Of a stretch of DNA of 49,236 bases, positions 20,301 to 28,138 are shown piece after piece. The translations under genes and the position numbers were made by a program. The stretch is from assembly GCA_030648515.1 (NCBI GenBank), contig JAUSHK010000005.1, positions 228,895-278,130 of the forward strand, in the 5' to 3' direction. A model generated the notes under the pieces. The model was not told the origin of the DNA and searched no databases. It was given only the letters and a program-made list of their open reading frames with translations. Source of the stretch: Candidatus Jorgensenbacteria bacterium (lineage in GTDB: Bacteria > Patescibacteriota > Minisyncoccia > UBA6257 > GWB1-50-10). Numbering within the stretch: the stretch's first letter is position 1; each line of letters opens with the position of its first letter.

Positions 20301-22835
20301 GACAAATGCCCCAATTCCGAAGGCGCCGTTTTCTACTGGCGTCGTCCACATGTCGGTTTCTGTCGTACCATACTTAAACCCGCGGACCGACGCATTCTCT
20401 CCGCCTGTCGCGGTAATGGTTCCGTTTGCCGTTGCTCCCCCTCCCGTTATTCCCGTTGGTGCCTGCGTCGTTACAGTCGGCGCGACTGTCTGCGAAATAC
20501 CCGAATGATTATCCTGTGGCAACGGCGATTGTGTTGTGAATTGTTGATCAAAACCATAACCTGTTCCGCCTGTCTGACCCGTTTGATTTGTAGCAAAAGC
20601 GCGAACGTGGTATATCGTTCCGGGCGAGAGGCCTGTTAACGGCTTATTAAACGCTCCTGTTCCAAATGAGCCAGGTTCGCTTACCGTGTTTCCATACATT
20701 GCCGTAAGTCCGTACTCAAATCCGCGGACTGTTGCGTTTTCCCCGCCGGTTCCCGTGATTGTTCCATTCGCCGTCGCGATTGTTTCTCCTATATTAGTAG
20801 CGCCTCCCGTTGTTACCGCCGGAGCGGTGATGGTTGGAATAAATGTGGTTCCGCCGCAGTTCGCCCTGCATACGTTATCGGAACAGCGCGTGGTACCCGT
20901 AGGGCAAGAAGTGTCTACAATGATATTCGGCGTAGTGCATAACTTTGAGACATCCATCGCAAAATTGTCGCCATATTTCGTTTCAAGCTTGAACGTATAA
21001 TCCGCGTCTGAATAAAGTCCGGTTAAAGTTTGTGAGTTGCTTCCAACCGAGGGAATTGCGGCGGCTGTCGCCCATGGACCGCCACTGCTATAGAAAAGCG
21101 TAAGCGCGTGCTGGGCGTAGTTCGCCTCCGTGTATTGCTTCGCCCAGCTGACATTAATTGAGCTTGCATTAATAGTGTTGCATGACAGGGCGTACGGCGT
21201 TATAACAGCAACCGTTTTGGAATCCGTTTTTTTACTAACTTCCGTAGTATTTTCTATCGCGGTAATTACCACGGACTGCGTGGTGTCAGGCGCGGTATAT
21301 GTCGTTGACTGGTTTGTATTCGTTGAAGCTTTTGAAAAAATGCCGGCGGTCGCGCTCCAGTCCGTTTTATAATCGCTAACGTTCAAATCTACTTTCTCTC
21401 TAATCGCAAGTGGCGTCCTGCTTCCGGTTATTGAGAATGGCAGTAGGGGCGGAATGTCCTTTGATTTTGATATTGTAAAGCTTTGCCAAATTGGGATTTC
21501 GGGACCGGTCTTTTCTATTATTAGTGGGAGGGCGCTTGGATCGGTGTCTGATAATAAATTTGTGGCAAATGCGTAATATTTATAATCCCCCGCGGCAAGA
21601 TTTTTAAGCACTACGCTGAATGAGTTTGATGTCTGGAGAGCCAATACGGTTTGTATGGTGCCGTCTATAGTGCCATCTGTTTTGAGTTTGTAATAATTAA
21701 AACCTCTGTACTTAATCGTCGTCCAGTCCGCATCTCCGCCGATATCGCTAACGTTGCCGGTTAATGTAACCGAATTTTGCGCCGAGTTTTGCGCCAACAC
21801 TGTATTTATCAAACTGGCAAAATTCGGCGTTTTAGCAGAACTCACCACCGCGGATTTTGTTACCACCGTTGGCGGATTTGCTTGTGTTATAGCTTTCGCA
21901 TCAAATGTGCTGTAATTCCTAATAGGAACACCATAGACATCTTTTGCTTTATCATTTTCAGCAAAAGCCCTTACTGAATATTTGGATCCTAATAAAACAT
22001 GTGGACCTTCTGTTGATAGTGAGAAGTTATGTATTAAGAGTGGGTTATTTTGCTTTGTAAGTGCTGTAATTCCATTTTTATCTGTGTACGAAAAACCAAC
22101 TACTGTAATCTTCGTATTTGTCCCTCCAACACCTCCGATACTTGAAACATCGCCGGTTGCGGTTATTGATCTTGTTGCGGTACTTACCGCGCTTCTTGTC
22201 GCAACAGTCGGCCCGACTGGCTGAGCTGGCGGTTGTGGCGGAGTAACTGCCACCGTGTCCGCTGTTATGCCGTCAATAGGCAGTGTGTCTGAAAAATTTA
22301 TTCCGCCAACGCCTCCGCGTTCCGCGTTTTGAGTTGTGCCGGAAAACCTGATGCGGTTACTACCGCCAGTAATTATATTGAACGTAACACCGCTCAAATT
22401 TATAAATCCTCCGGTATTTTCGGAATATGCATATCCGCTTAGGCTTTGGTTTGTCGTGTCGAATTTTGCTTCATTGCATTGAGCGCCTCCGCAGTGATTC
22501 GCGAAATTTTTACCGAATACAAGCGACCCAATGGACTCGAAAGTGTTGTCAAAGCGCATATCCGCTGACCCGGAAAGATTACCAAAATCGTCCGAGGACA
22601 CATTTGACGTTATGGTTCTACCCAACCCATTAATTGTTTCATTATTTACATTGAATACTACCCATATTAATTGCCCTTCGCCTATATTCGCAGTTTTCGC
22701 GGCGCCATACATCTTTGTAATTTTGTACCCCATGTACGGCTGTGCCTGCGCCTGCGTAAACTGCGCGGACATTGTTAACGCAACCCCGACCGCGATTACA
22801 ACTGCAAGCCCGCCGAAAAGTAAAATCTTTTTCAT
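17382..22835 (-). CDS. 1817-aa secreted multi-FN3/Ig-like surface protein
   Basis: Signal peptide, repeated PxVxT...GGENAxVRGF.YG...YHVRAFATN modules, FN3 and B-repeat units; the C-terminal half is paralogous to 14728-17277. Confidence 0.9.
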   Translation of the reverse strand: MKKILLFGGLAVVIAVGVALTMSAQFTQAQAQPYMGYKITKMYGAAKTANIGEGQLIWVVFNVNNETINGLGRTITSNVSSDDFGNLSGSADMRFDNTFESIGSLVFGKNFANHCGGAQCNEAKFDTTNQSLSGYAYSENTGGFINLSGVTFNIITGGSNRIRFSGTTQNAERGGVGGINFSDTLPIDGITADTVAVTPPQPPAQPVGPTVATRSAVSTATRSITATGDVSSIGGVGGTNTKITVVGFSYTDKNGITALTKQNNPLLIHNFSLSTEGPHVLLGSKYSVRAFAENDKAKDVYGVPIRNYSTFDAKAITQANPPTVVTKSAVVSSAKTPNFASLINTVLAQNSAQNSVTLTGNVSDIGGDADWTTIKYRGFNYYKLKTDGTIDGTIQTVLALQTSNSFSVVLKNLAAGDYKYYAFATNLLSDTDPSALPLIIEKTGPEIPIWQSFTISKSKDIPPLLPFSITGSRTPLAIREKVDLNVSDYKTDWSATAGIFSKASTNTNQSTTYTAPDTTQSVVITAIENTTEVSKKTDSKTVAVITPYALSCNTINASSINVSWAKQYTEANYAQHALTLFYSSGGPWATAAAIPSVGSNSQTLTGLYSDADYTFKLETKYGDNFAMDVSKLCTTPNIIVDTSCPTGTTRCSDNVCRANCGGTTFIPTITAPAVTTGGATNIGETIATANGTITGTGGENATVRGFEYGLTAMYGNTVSEPGSFGTGAFNKPLTGLSPGTIYHVRAFATNQTGQTGGTGYGFDQQFTTQSPLPQDNHSGISQTVAPTVTTQAPTGITGGGATANGTITATGGENASVRGFKYGTTETDMWTTPVENGAFGIGAFVGSLTGLTPGVTYHVRAFATNFAGGTGYGQYVAFTTPPGEFSITEPYGDLAILEQFKTKVSSGLGADWSITCPPGGTCGSITPESTDTYGEATYTAPQVNQNNITVKAMKKDNSKVSDSFTFSALDPYYPPTCVPKNQNTIDVNWTKRYTDMSYTTYAPHTLALLYKEGASGVWTKINSPSPSSGLYTHVGLKSGVDYYYKLDAAYSSPAPQFTKEIENTQPCRTAQTTNETPSNLKAFANSDKVVYLNWKDNSTRPAGSYTFEIQRFGLDMAQSTGLTATSTGSNSTKLVWQNSTTKPFTGQFARSTDQNFSTVKTVEDNTQQNGPMASPTYSLDQGNGLDEVTTYWYKARACSSLPIPDIYTKKGATDAHMDLSAGKPNPPCGPYTTSVKTTTWPNAPSGVQAVQVTDKSIKLSWTDNSKKETGYEVVRDGAVIKTLESSATIKGTVGNTIEYTDAGLNAGTTYAYTVRAYYNIPGGQSKLYSNQIAVNQKTDYIVSVTRGGDGQGTVTSDIPGVSGDKINCGPNPGETTCTGIVFKNDQTVTLTATQAQGDYVFAGWGGSCQNISGAKGEKCTLSGNADITANFALKYYRVYARYDGGKGLIASNDLSCASGVCSGIIERGQTVQFTASPNVNYILSSWISTDPSGQIAPSPCNGISNLTCSFQVTRDADTTANFASSVSTLTVTIQPAGSNGNRVTGTATGGGSGSINCVDSMSPCAISLTTDTIMRLSAQPVTGYSFTHWGTGECFGSTSPVCDTAQIVGSRQATAVFTKTTASALNSNQVSFSLPSVGAFFSQISEGIRISVPERNTNFASAYNAAFNSSSQKIIAPLNVYSTISDALNGASEFMMNLFTAHGQSSIQESYFTSIKSGLADSFYNDMGLTANAVYVYRVRLCSGGTCTPWSNMVATKTLDSAGIISNSTARPICKPSFCDFSITQSYNGANEKSEQQCQINADCRDVGRADQTFRER

Positions 22836-22869
22836 TAGCTCTATTATAGCAAATACTGATTTCTTATAA

Positions 22870-22930
22870 AAAATGAATGAACTCCTTTCCGCACTTCAGT
22901 GCGGGGGGTGCTCCTGAGAAAGCAACAACC
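22870..22930. repeat. hairpin-containing degenerate direct repeat, copy A (resembles an IS200/IS605 end)
   Basis: aaaatga...ctcct..cgcac-ttca-gtgcgggg...ctg..aaag.aa.aacc aligns by eye with 26312-26365. Confidence 0.5.
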
Positions 22931-22939
22931 CCAAAGTGT

Positions 22940-24187
22940 TTAAATACTTTGGGGTTTAGGGAATACGTCTTGCTTTAAAAGATGTTCATTAAACGCCGTA
23001 ATGCTATAAGGGTCAGGCGTCGTCGTATCTTTATGAAATATAAACGAGCGAGCTTGACACCCGCCTAGTCCATCCAACCTAAATTGTTTGAATATCTCAT
23101 GGTTTTTCCACGTTTCAATAAATTTTTTATCAAACAATGGTAAGTCCTCGGGTCGGTAATAGCCAGCGTAAACAAGTGACGGACAGGGAAGCATTTGCCC
23201 CGTAGTATTGATTACCAAGCCAGATTGGGCAGCCCGACATTCGTTGTAGACGCGGCCATTGAGTAATTTACCAACAATCGCGGCATTTGAAATGCCGACC
23301 TCGTACACTCCAGCCTGTCTGAGTCGAAAGAGATCAATAACAATGTCAAAAAACGTTTCAGGTCTAAGCGTCAAACTTTCGTGCGCCGACTTGAAAGGCT
23401 TGAATAGGTTGAAATTACAAATCACGCCAATAGTTTTGCAATAATCAAGTATTTCACGATAAGTCGGAGCATTTATTGCGTTCAAGGTAGAAATAACCTC
23501 GACTTCAATGCCATGTTGTTGAAGTCGCTGAATCGCTGCTTCAACTCTCCGGAACGTACCCTTGCCACGGATGCGATCGTGCTCTGATTCTATCCCATCC
23601 AAGCTCACAAAAATCGAGAGGCGTTCTACAGACGCGAGCCAGTCCGCTGTTGTTTCATCAATTAGAAGACCATTCGTTACGGTGTCGATGGCAAATTCGT
23701 GTTTTTGACAATGTTTGAGAATTTCCTGGATATCGGGATGGAGAAAGGGTTCGCCACCGATGACACTCACCTCAAAAATCCCTGCATGGGCGAGGATATC
23801 AAGGATCTCAAATACTTTCCCTTTCGGCATAAACACCTCAGAATAGTTATCCTGAAAACAATGCAAGCAGCGCAAATTACAGCCGGTTGTCACTTCAAGT
23901 TCAACACCCAAAGGAATGTCGGTTTGCGTCTGCGTGATCAGGCTGAACCTTTTAGGACTCAGTTCTTCCTCAACTTTATTGATGAAATCTGTGACATCCA
24001 CTTGAGCTTCGGCTAACTGTACTCCGTACTCAATTGCAATGGCGTGCGTTATTTCGTCAACGCTGTTTTGCTGGTTGAATAAAGAATTAAGAATTTTCGC
24101 TCCCAGCTCGTTTACTCCCACGATTCTACGAGAATCTATGAAGTAGGCGAAAATTTGGTCACCATCACTTCTGATTTTGACTAACAT
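22940..24187 (-). CDS. radical SAM peptide-modifying enzyme with an N-terminal PqqD/RRE-like domain and a reduced SPASM/twitch C-terminus
   Basis: CNLRCLHC, GGEP, TNG and SLDG; the N-terminus has the RRE pattern (VNELGAKIL...SVDEI...EYGV...DVTDFI); C-terminal CRAA...GQMLPC...GGCQAR. Confidence 0.9.
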   Translation of the reverse strand: MLVKIRSDGDQIFAYFIDSRRIVGVNELGAKILNSLFNQQNSVDEITHAIAIEYGVQLAEAQVDVTDFINKVEEELSPKRFSLITQTQTDIPLGVELEVTTGCNLRCLHCFQDNYSEVFMPKGKVFEILDILAHAGIFEVSVIGGEPFLHPDIQEILKHCQKHEFAIDTVTNGLLIDETTADWLASVERLSIFVSLDGIESEHDRIRGKGTFRRVEAAIQRLQQHGIEVEVISTLNAINAPTYREILDYCKTIGVICNFNLFKPFKSAHESLTLRPETFFDIVIDLFRLRQAGVYEVGISNAAIVGKLLNGRVYNECRAAQSGLVINTTGQMLPCPSLVYAGYYRPEDLPLFDKKFIETWKNHEIFKQFRLDGLGGCQARSFIFHKDTTTPDPYSITAFNEHLLKQDVFPKPQSI

Positions 24188-24214
24188 ATGACTCCCTTCT
24201 TTATGTTTTAGTAG

Positions 24215-24248
24215 AAAAAAAGGGGCCTGATTTTATACTTGGCCCCTT
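24215..24248 (-). terminator. intrinsic terminator between the precursor ORF and the radical SAM gene
   Basis: The minus strand reads aaggggcc-13 nt-ggcccc followed by a T run. Confidence 0.75.
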
Positions 24249-24278
24249 AAACTCCTACTCGGTGGTTGGTTACTCCAC

Positions 24279-24449
24279 TTATTGGTATTTTTTTGCTTGT
24301 CCAATAATCAAGGCGGCTCTCGCGTTACCTCTCTTGCCTACCTGCATTGGACCCGGAACTCCTCCGCAACTACGGAGACAACAGCCTGATTCCACCGGTT
24401 CTGGACTTGATCCCTTGATGGTTACCGCTGGTTTTTCGTAGGTTTTCAT
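24279..24449 (-). CDS. putative RiPP precursor peptide, 56 aa (not in the ORF track)
   Basis: MKTYEKPAVTIKGSSPEPVESGCCLRSCGGVPGPMQVGKRGNARAALIIGQAKKYQ; SD AAGGAGGTG upstream, YxxP leader motif and CCxxxC. Confidence 0.8.
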   Translation of the reverse strand: MKTYEKPAVTIKGSSPEPVESGCCLRSCGGVPGPMQVGKRGNARAALIIGQAKKYQ

Positions 24450-24633
24450 GGTTCTCACCTCCTTACCTACCGTTATGGTTTCTATATTGTTTTGAAGTAT
24501 CTGGCCTAAATACTAACAGAACCGTGGGATTTGTAAAGAACGCGTTCTTCTGTAAGAACTTGCGTTTTTCCTTCTCGTATTGCAGAATATTGACAGTAAA
24601 TTGCAAAAGGAATCTAATTAAGAGGAAACGCAT

Positions 24634-26229
24634 ATGATTCAAATTCGTAATGTCAGTAAAAGCTACGGGCCTCGGACTCTCTTTGAGCGACTCACGGTCT
24701 CAATTGATCGCGGGCAAAAGTTTGCATTAGTGGGTCCGAACGGCTCTGGTAAATCAACTCTCTTAAAAATTCTCTCTGGTACGGAAGTGCCGGACGAGGG
24801 TCAAGTAACGTACGGGGACAGTGACTGTGTAGGCTACCTCCCTCAAGAAATTGCCATTGAGTCAAATCAGTCAATTCTCAACTACGTGTCGGAATACGTT
24901 GAACATCGAAAAGGGCCAGGCACTTTTTTGCCGGTAAAGCATCGCATGCTTGCGATGATGGATACCTGCAAATTAAGCGCACTTTCAACGGATCGTTCTG
25001 TCACGTCGTTGAGCGGCGGAGAAAAAACAAAGATTGCTCTCATTGCCGTCCTATTAGCCGAACCAAACTTCCTTGTGCTTGATGAACCGACTAATAACAT
25101 CGATCTCCCGACGCTTCTGTGGATTGAGGCATATTTGCGGCAAACCGATGCTGGGGCAATAGTGGTATCTCACGACCGGAGATTTCTTGAGCGCGTGACA
25201 AATCGTGTGATGGAAATTGACCCGCACACCACGTCTGTAACGATACGTCGTGGAACTTTTACCGACTATCTCCATGACCGAGAAAAAGAACGGGTGCGTC
25301 TTCTGCAGATGTATGAGGAGCAACGAGTGGAGGTCAAGCGACTTACTGAACAAGCGGTCCGTCTGCGCGCCGCGGGGGAACAAGGATCTCAATGGGTTGG
25401 CAGTGACAACGACAAGTTTCTTCGGGGATTCAAACGAGATCGTGCCTCAAAGTCGGGGAAAAAAGCGAAAGTGATTGAAAAGCGTATTGAGCAGATGGAA
25501 CACATTGAACGTCCATTGGAAAACAAGGAACTGCAGTTCCGGCTCCGCCCAGACATTACCAAAGGATCCGGAGATATCACACTTGAACATGCGATTACTA
25601 AGTATCCCTCTGGATTTTCGTGTGGGCCGATATCATTTTCCATTCCCTACGGGTCTCGAATTGTGCTTATGGGCGCGAACGGTGCGGGAAAAAGTACGCT
25701 TCTTAAAATGATTTCTGGAGAGATTCAGCCAGCGTCAGGCATTATATACCGCGGACAGGGAATACGTTTCGGCAATTTCTCACAGGGGCACAAAACGCTT
25801 AATTTGAAACAAACCCCGCTTCAGTTGATTCAGGAAAAAGCCACGGTGCGCGAGCAAGACGCCTATGCTGTTTTGTCTTTGTACGGAATCAAAGCAGAGA
25901 AGACGGATCAACTAATTGGTTTACTAAGCCCCGGGGAGCGAGCACGAATACTTCTTGCGCTGTTCTCTGCGCTTTCGGCAAATGTTCTTTTACTTGACGA
26001 ACCAACTAATCATCTTGACATCGAAGCGCAGGAGGCGCTTGAAACGGCGTTGAGGAATTTTACAGGGACACTTGCGTTGGTTTCCCACGATCGGCTTTTC
26101 ATTGACCGGATTGGCGTAGCCGATATATATGTGATGGAAAATGGCAAACTAGGAAGGAAAGAAAATCTCCATGCATATATGTCTCAAGTTGAACGGATTT
26201 CACAAAAAATGTTACGAGTACTTGTATGA
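24634..26229 (+). CDS. ABC-F family ribosome-associated ATPase
   Basis: Two ABC domains (GPNGSGKST/LSGGE/LDEPTN and GANGAGKST/LSPGE/LDEPTNHLD), a helical linker and no TM segments. Confidence 0.92.
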   Translation: MIQIRNVSKSYGPRTLFERLTVSIDRGQKFALVGPNGSGKSTLLKILSGTEVPDEGQVTYGDSDCVGYLPQEIAIESNQSILNYVSEYVEHRKGPGTFLPVKHRMLAMMDTCKLSALSTDRSVTSLSGGEKTKIALIAVLLAEPNFLVLDEPTNNIDLPTLLWIEAYLRQTDAGAIVVSHDRRFLERVTNRVMEIDPHTTSVTIRRGTFTDYLHDREKERVRLLQMYEEQRVEVKRLTEQAVRLRAAGEQGSQWVGSDNDKFLRGFKRDRASKSGKKAKVIEKRIEQMEHIERPLENKELQFRLRPDITKGSGDITLEHAITKYPSGFSCGPISFSIPYGSRIVLMGANGAGKSTLLKMISGEIQPASGIIYRGQGIRFGNFSQGHKTLNLKQTPLQLIQEKATVREQDAYAVLSLYGIKAEKTDQLIGLLSPGERARILLALFSALSANVLLLDEPTNHLDIEAQEALETALRNFTGTLALVSHDRLFIDRIGVADIYVMENGKLGRKENLHAYMSQVERISQKMLRVLV

Positions 26230-26231
26230 TT

Positions 26232-26263
26232 ACGACTGGCCCTTTCTAAAGCCAGTCGTTTTT
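26232..26263 (+). terminator. intrinsic terminator after ABC-F
   Basis: acgactggc-10 nt-gccagtcgt followed by a T run. Confidence 0.75.
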
Positions 26264-26311
26264 ATAATAAAAATATTAACCGACAGTATTTCCTACAAAA
26301 TCTAGATTTCT

Positions 26312-26365
26312 AAAATGATCTCCTCCTTGCACTCGCGTGCGGGGTTTTCTGGTAAAGTAAAAACC
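26312..26365. repeat. hairpin-containing degenerate direct repeat, copy B
   Basis: aaaatgatctcctccttgcac-tcgc-gtgcggggttttctggtaaagtaaaaacc; similar to 22870-22930. Confidence 0.5.
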
Positions 26366-26425
26366 AATAAAAATGGTTTAGTAGTCTAACATCATCCCAG
26401 TAAGCGGGTGGATTAACGTTTAAGT

Positions 26426-26515
26426 AGCGTCTCGGAAAGCCGATTATTGTATGTGATATCAGCTAGTTTTTTTACCTATTTACACGGCTAGTGCTTCACA
26501 AATCCCCATAAAACC
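26426..26515 (+). repeat. left arm of a ~90-bp imperfect inverted repeat
   Basis: Reverse-complementary to 27995-28084, including a perfect 19-mer cacaaatccccataaaacc at 26497-26515. Confidence 0.85.
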
Positions 26516-26533
26516 CTCATTCCCCCCCCTTAT

Positions 26534-26550
26534 GATGAGCTTGTCGAATG
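26534..26550. repeat. partial intergenic copy of the 24-nt element core
   Basis: gatgagcttgtcgaatg shares the TGAGC-n-GTCGAA core. Confidence 0.5.
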
Positions 26551-26688
26551 GCCTACCACAACAGCAGTATTGCCACGTTCTAACAGCGATTTTTGGACTT
26601 GCTTTTTTCGGAGAAGTATGGTAGAATGGCTTTAGATTAATTAAGAATTAAATAAATTCAGAACTTACATAGAAAAGGAAGGTTAGAA

Positions 26689-27933
26689 ATGAGAAAATCC
26701 TTAGCACTTTTGATTGTTGTAGCGTTGCTTGGATTTGCGGCGCCTTCCAAGGCGCAGATCCAAACCGATCCAGTCAATGGATGGTATCCGGATTCAGTAT
26801 CGTCTGGCGTAACCAAGTTTTACCAAAGGTTCGTCAAGAACGATAACCCATTCTCAAATGATTTAGGAAAGGGTTCCCAGCTTTTTGGGGTAGCGATGAA
26901 AGCGGGAAAGAAAATTTTGATGAAAAAGGATTTAGAGAGAGAACAAGATTTACCGGCAAAGGGATTAACACTAAAGCTTGACTTTAATTACGTTACACTT
27001 AAACCGGACAGTACACCCTTTGGATTTAATTTCTTTTTTTCTCATGGTGATACTGTAATCTATTCTTTTGGACACGAGGTCGAGCAACGTGTGGCAAGTG
27101 AGTGGGGTCGTATTACTTCTTCCGTAACCTATCTAAATGACTATGGCTACGGTATCCAAAAAATCGATGCAATTGGATTTGAATTTTACGCGCGCGGTAA
27201 AGATATTGAGTTAGCGGAAATCATGCTCGATAATCTGATTCTCATCCAGGACAGCTCCGTAGTTGTCTTGGACAACTTCGACGGCGACGCGGGTATTGCG
27301 AAAGCATCATTCTCAATGCCCGAAGGAACATACGATTTCGGTGTTGTGAAATTCGGAGAAAAAAAGACAGTAATTCTACGCGCCAGAAATGACACAACGG
27401 ATAGGGCCGGAGGAACCGCCTATGTTACTGGAACCCAAAGCAGGGATCCGCGGATTACAGTAACTCCTGACACAGCAATCATTAGTCCTGGAAATTATAA
27501 GGACTTCAGAGTTACCTACGCTCCTATAGCTGGGATGGGACCAGGGCCTTGGTACATCGTTTTCAATCTTGAAAATTGCGTCACATCAGCTGAGTCAGTG
27601 TCAGTCACCGCCGATATCTCAACGGGCATTGACGACGAAACTGGCGATACCCCAGGAGTTTACTCATTGGGCAAGAACTATCCGAACCCTTTCAACCCAA
27701 CGACAAACATGAAGTTCACTATTCCCAAAGCTGGGATGGTGGAGTTCACAATCTACAGCATCCTTGGACAAAAGGTTAGGACACTTATCAGAGAACCGAT
27801 GAGTGTCGGTGTTCATGAAATCGCATTTGATGGACGCAACGACTCAGGCGAGAAACTTGCCTCCGGCGTTTATATCTATCAAATCGAGTCAGAAAATTTT
27901 ATCAAAGCCAGAAAAATGGCCATGATGAAATAG
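26689..27933 (+). CDS. secreted protein with an Ig-like domain and a T9SS/FlgD-like C-terminal sorting domain
   Basis: Signal peptide ending SKA|Q; C-terminal LGKNYPNPFNPTT...IYSILGQKVRTL...ASGVYIYQI...KMAMMK. Confidence 0.88.
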   Translation: MRKSLALLIVVALLGFAAPSKAQIQTDPVNGWYPDSVSSGVTKFYQRFVKNDNPFSNDLGKGSQLFGVAMKAGKKILMKKDLEREQDLPAKGLTLKLDFNYVTLKPDSTPFGFNFFFSHGDTVIYSFGHEVEQRVASEWGRITSSVTYLNDYGYGIQKIDAIGFEFYARGKDIELAEIMLDNLILIQDSSVVVLDNFDGDAGIAKASFSMPEGTYDFGVVKFGEKKTVILRARNDTTDRAGGTAYVTGTQSRDPRITVTPDTAIISPGNYKDFRVTYAPIAGMGPGPWYIVFNLENCVTSAESVSVTADISTGIDDETGDTPGVYSLGKNYPNPFNPTTNMKFTIPKAGMVEFTIYSILGQKVRTLIREPMSVGVHEIAFDGRNDSGEKLASGVYIYQIESENFIKARKMAMMK

Positions 27934-27949
27934 TTCTTTTAATAATCAA

Positions 27950-27974
27950 AAGCCCTATGCTATGCATAGGGCTT
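27950..27974 (+). terminator. stem-loop/terminator after the T9SS-tail gene
   Basis: aagccctatgc-tat-gcatagggctt. Confidence 0.65.
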
Positions 27975-27994
27975 GATTATTTTCAAAAAACGCC

Positions 27995-28084
27995 GGTTTT
28001 ATGGGGATTTGTGCTGTGTTAGCCTGCAAAATAGACAAAAAAGACTAGCCAATATACGTACCGTATATTGGCTTTTGAGACACT
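27995..28084 (-). repeat. right arm of the ~90-bp imperfect inverted repeat
   Basis: ggttttatggggatttgtg...ttttgagacact, with an internal hairpin agccaatatacg-tac-cgtatattggct. Confidence 0.85.
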
Positions 28085-28138
28085 GTTCAAAAATAAGGGG
28101 GGCTATTAAATAACAGCCCCCTGAGTTAAATTAGTGTT

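Noticed and set aside
20200-20830. Two similar ~300-bp segments in the 1817-aa gene, considered as a possible DGR template/variable pair
   Set aside because: Both are in-frame domain repeats, the differences are not confined to adenines, and there is no reverse transcriptase in the window.
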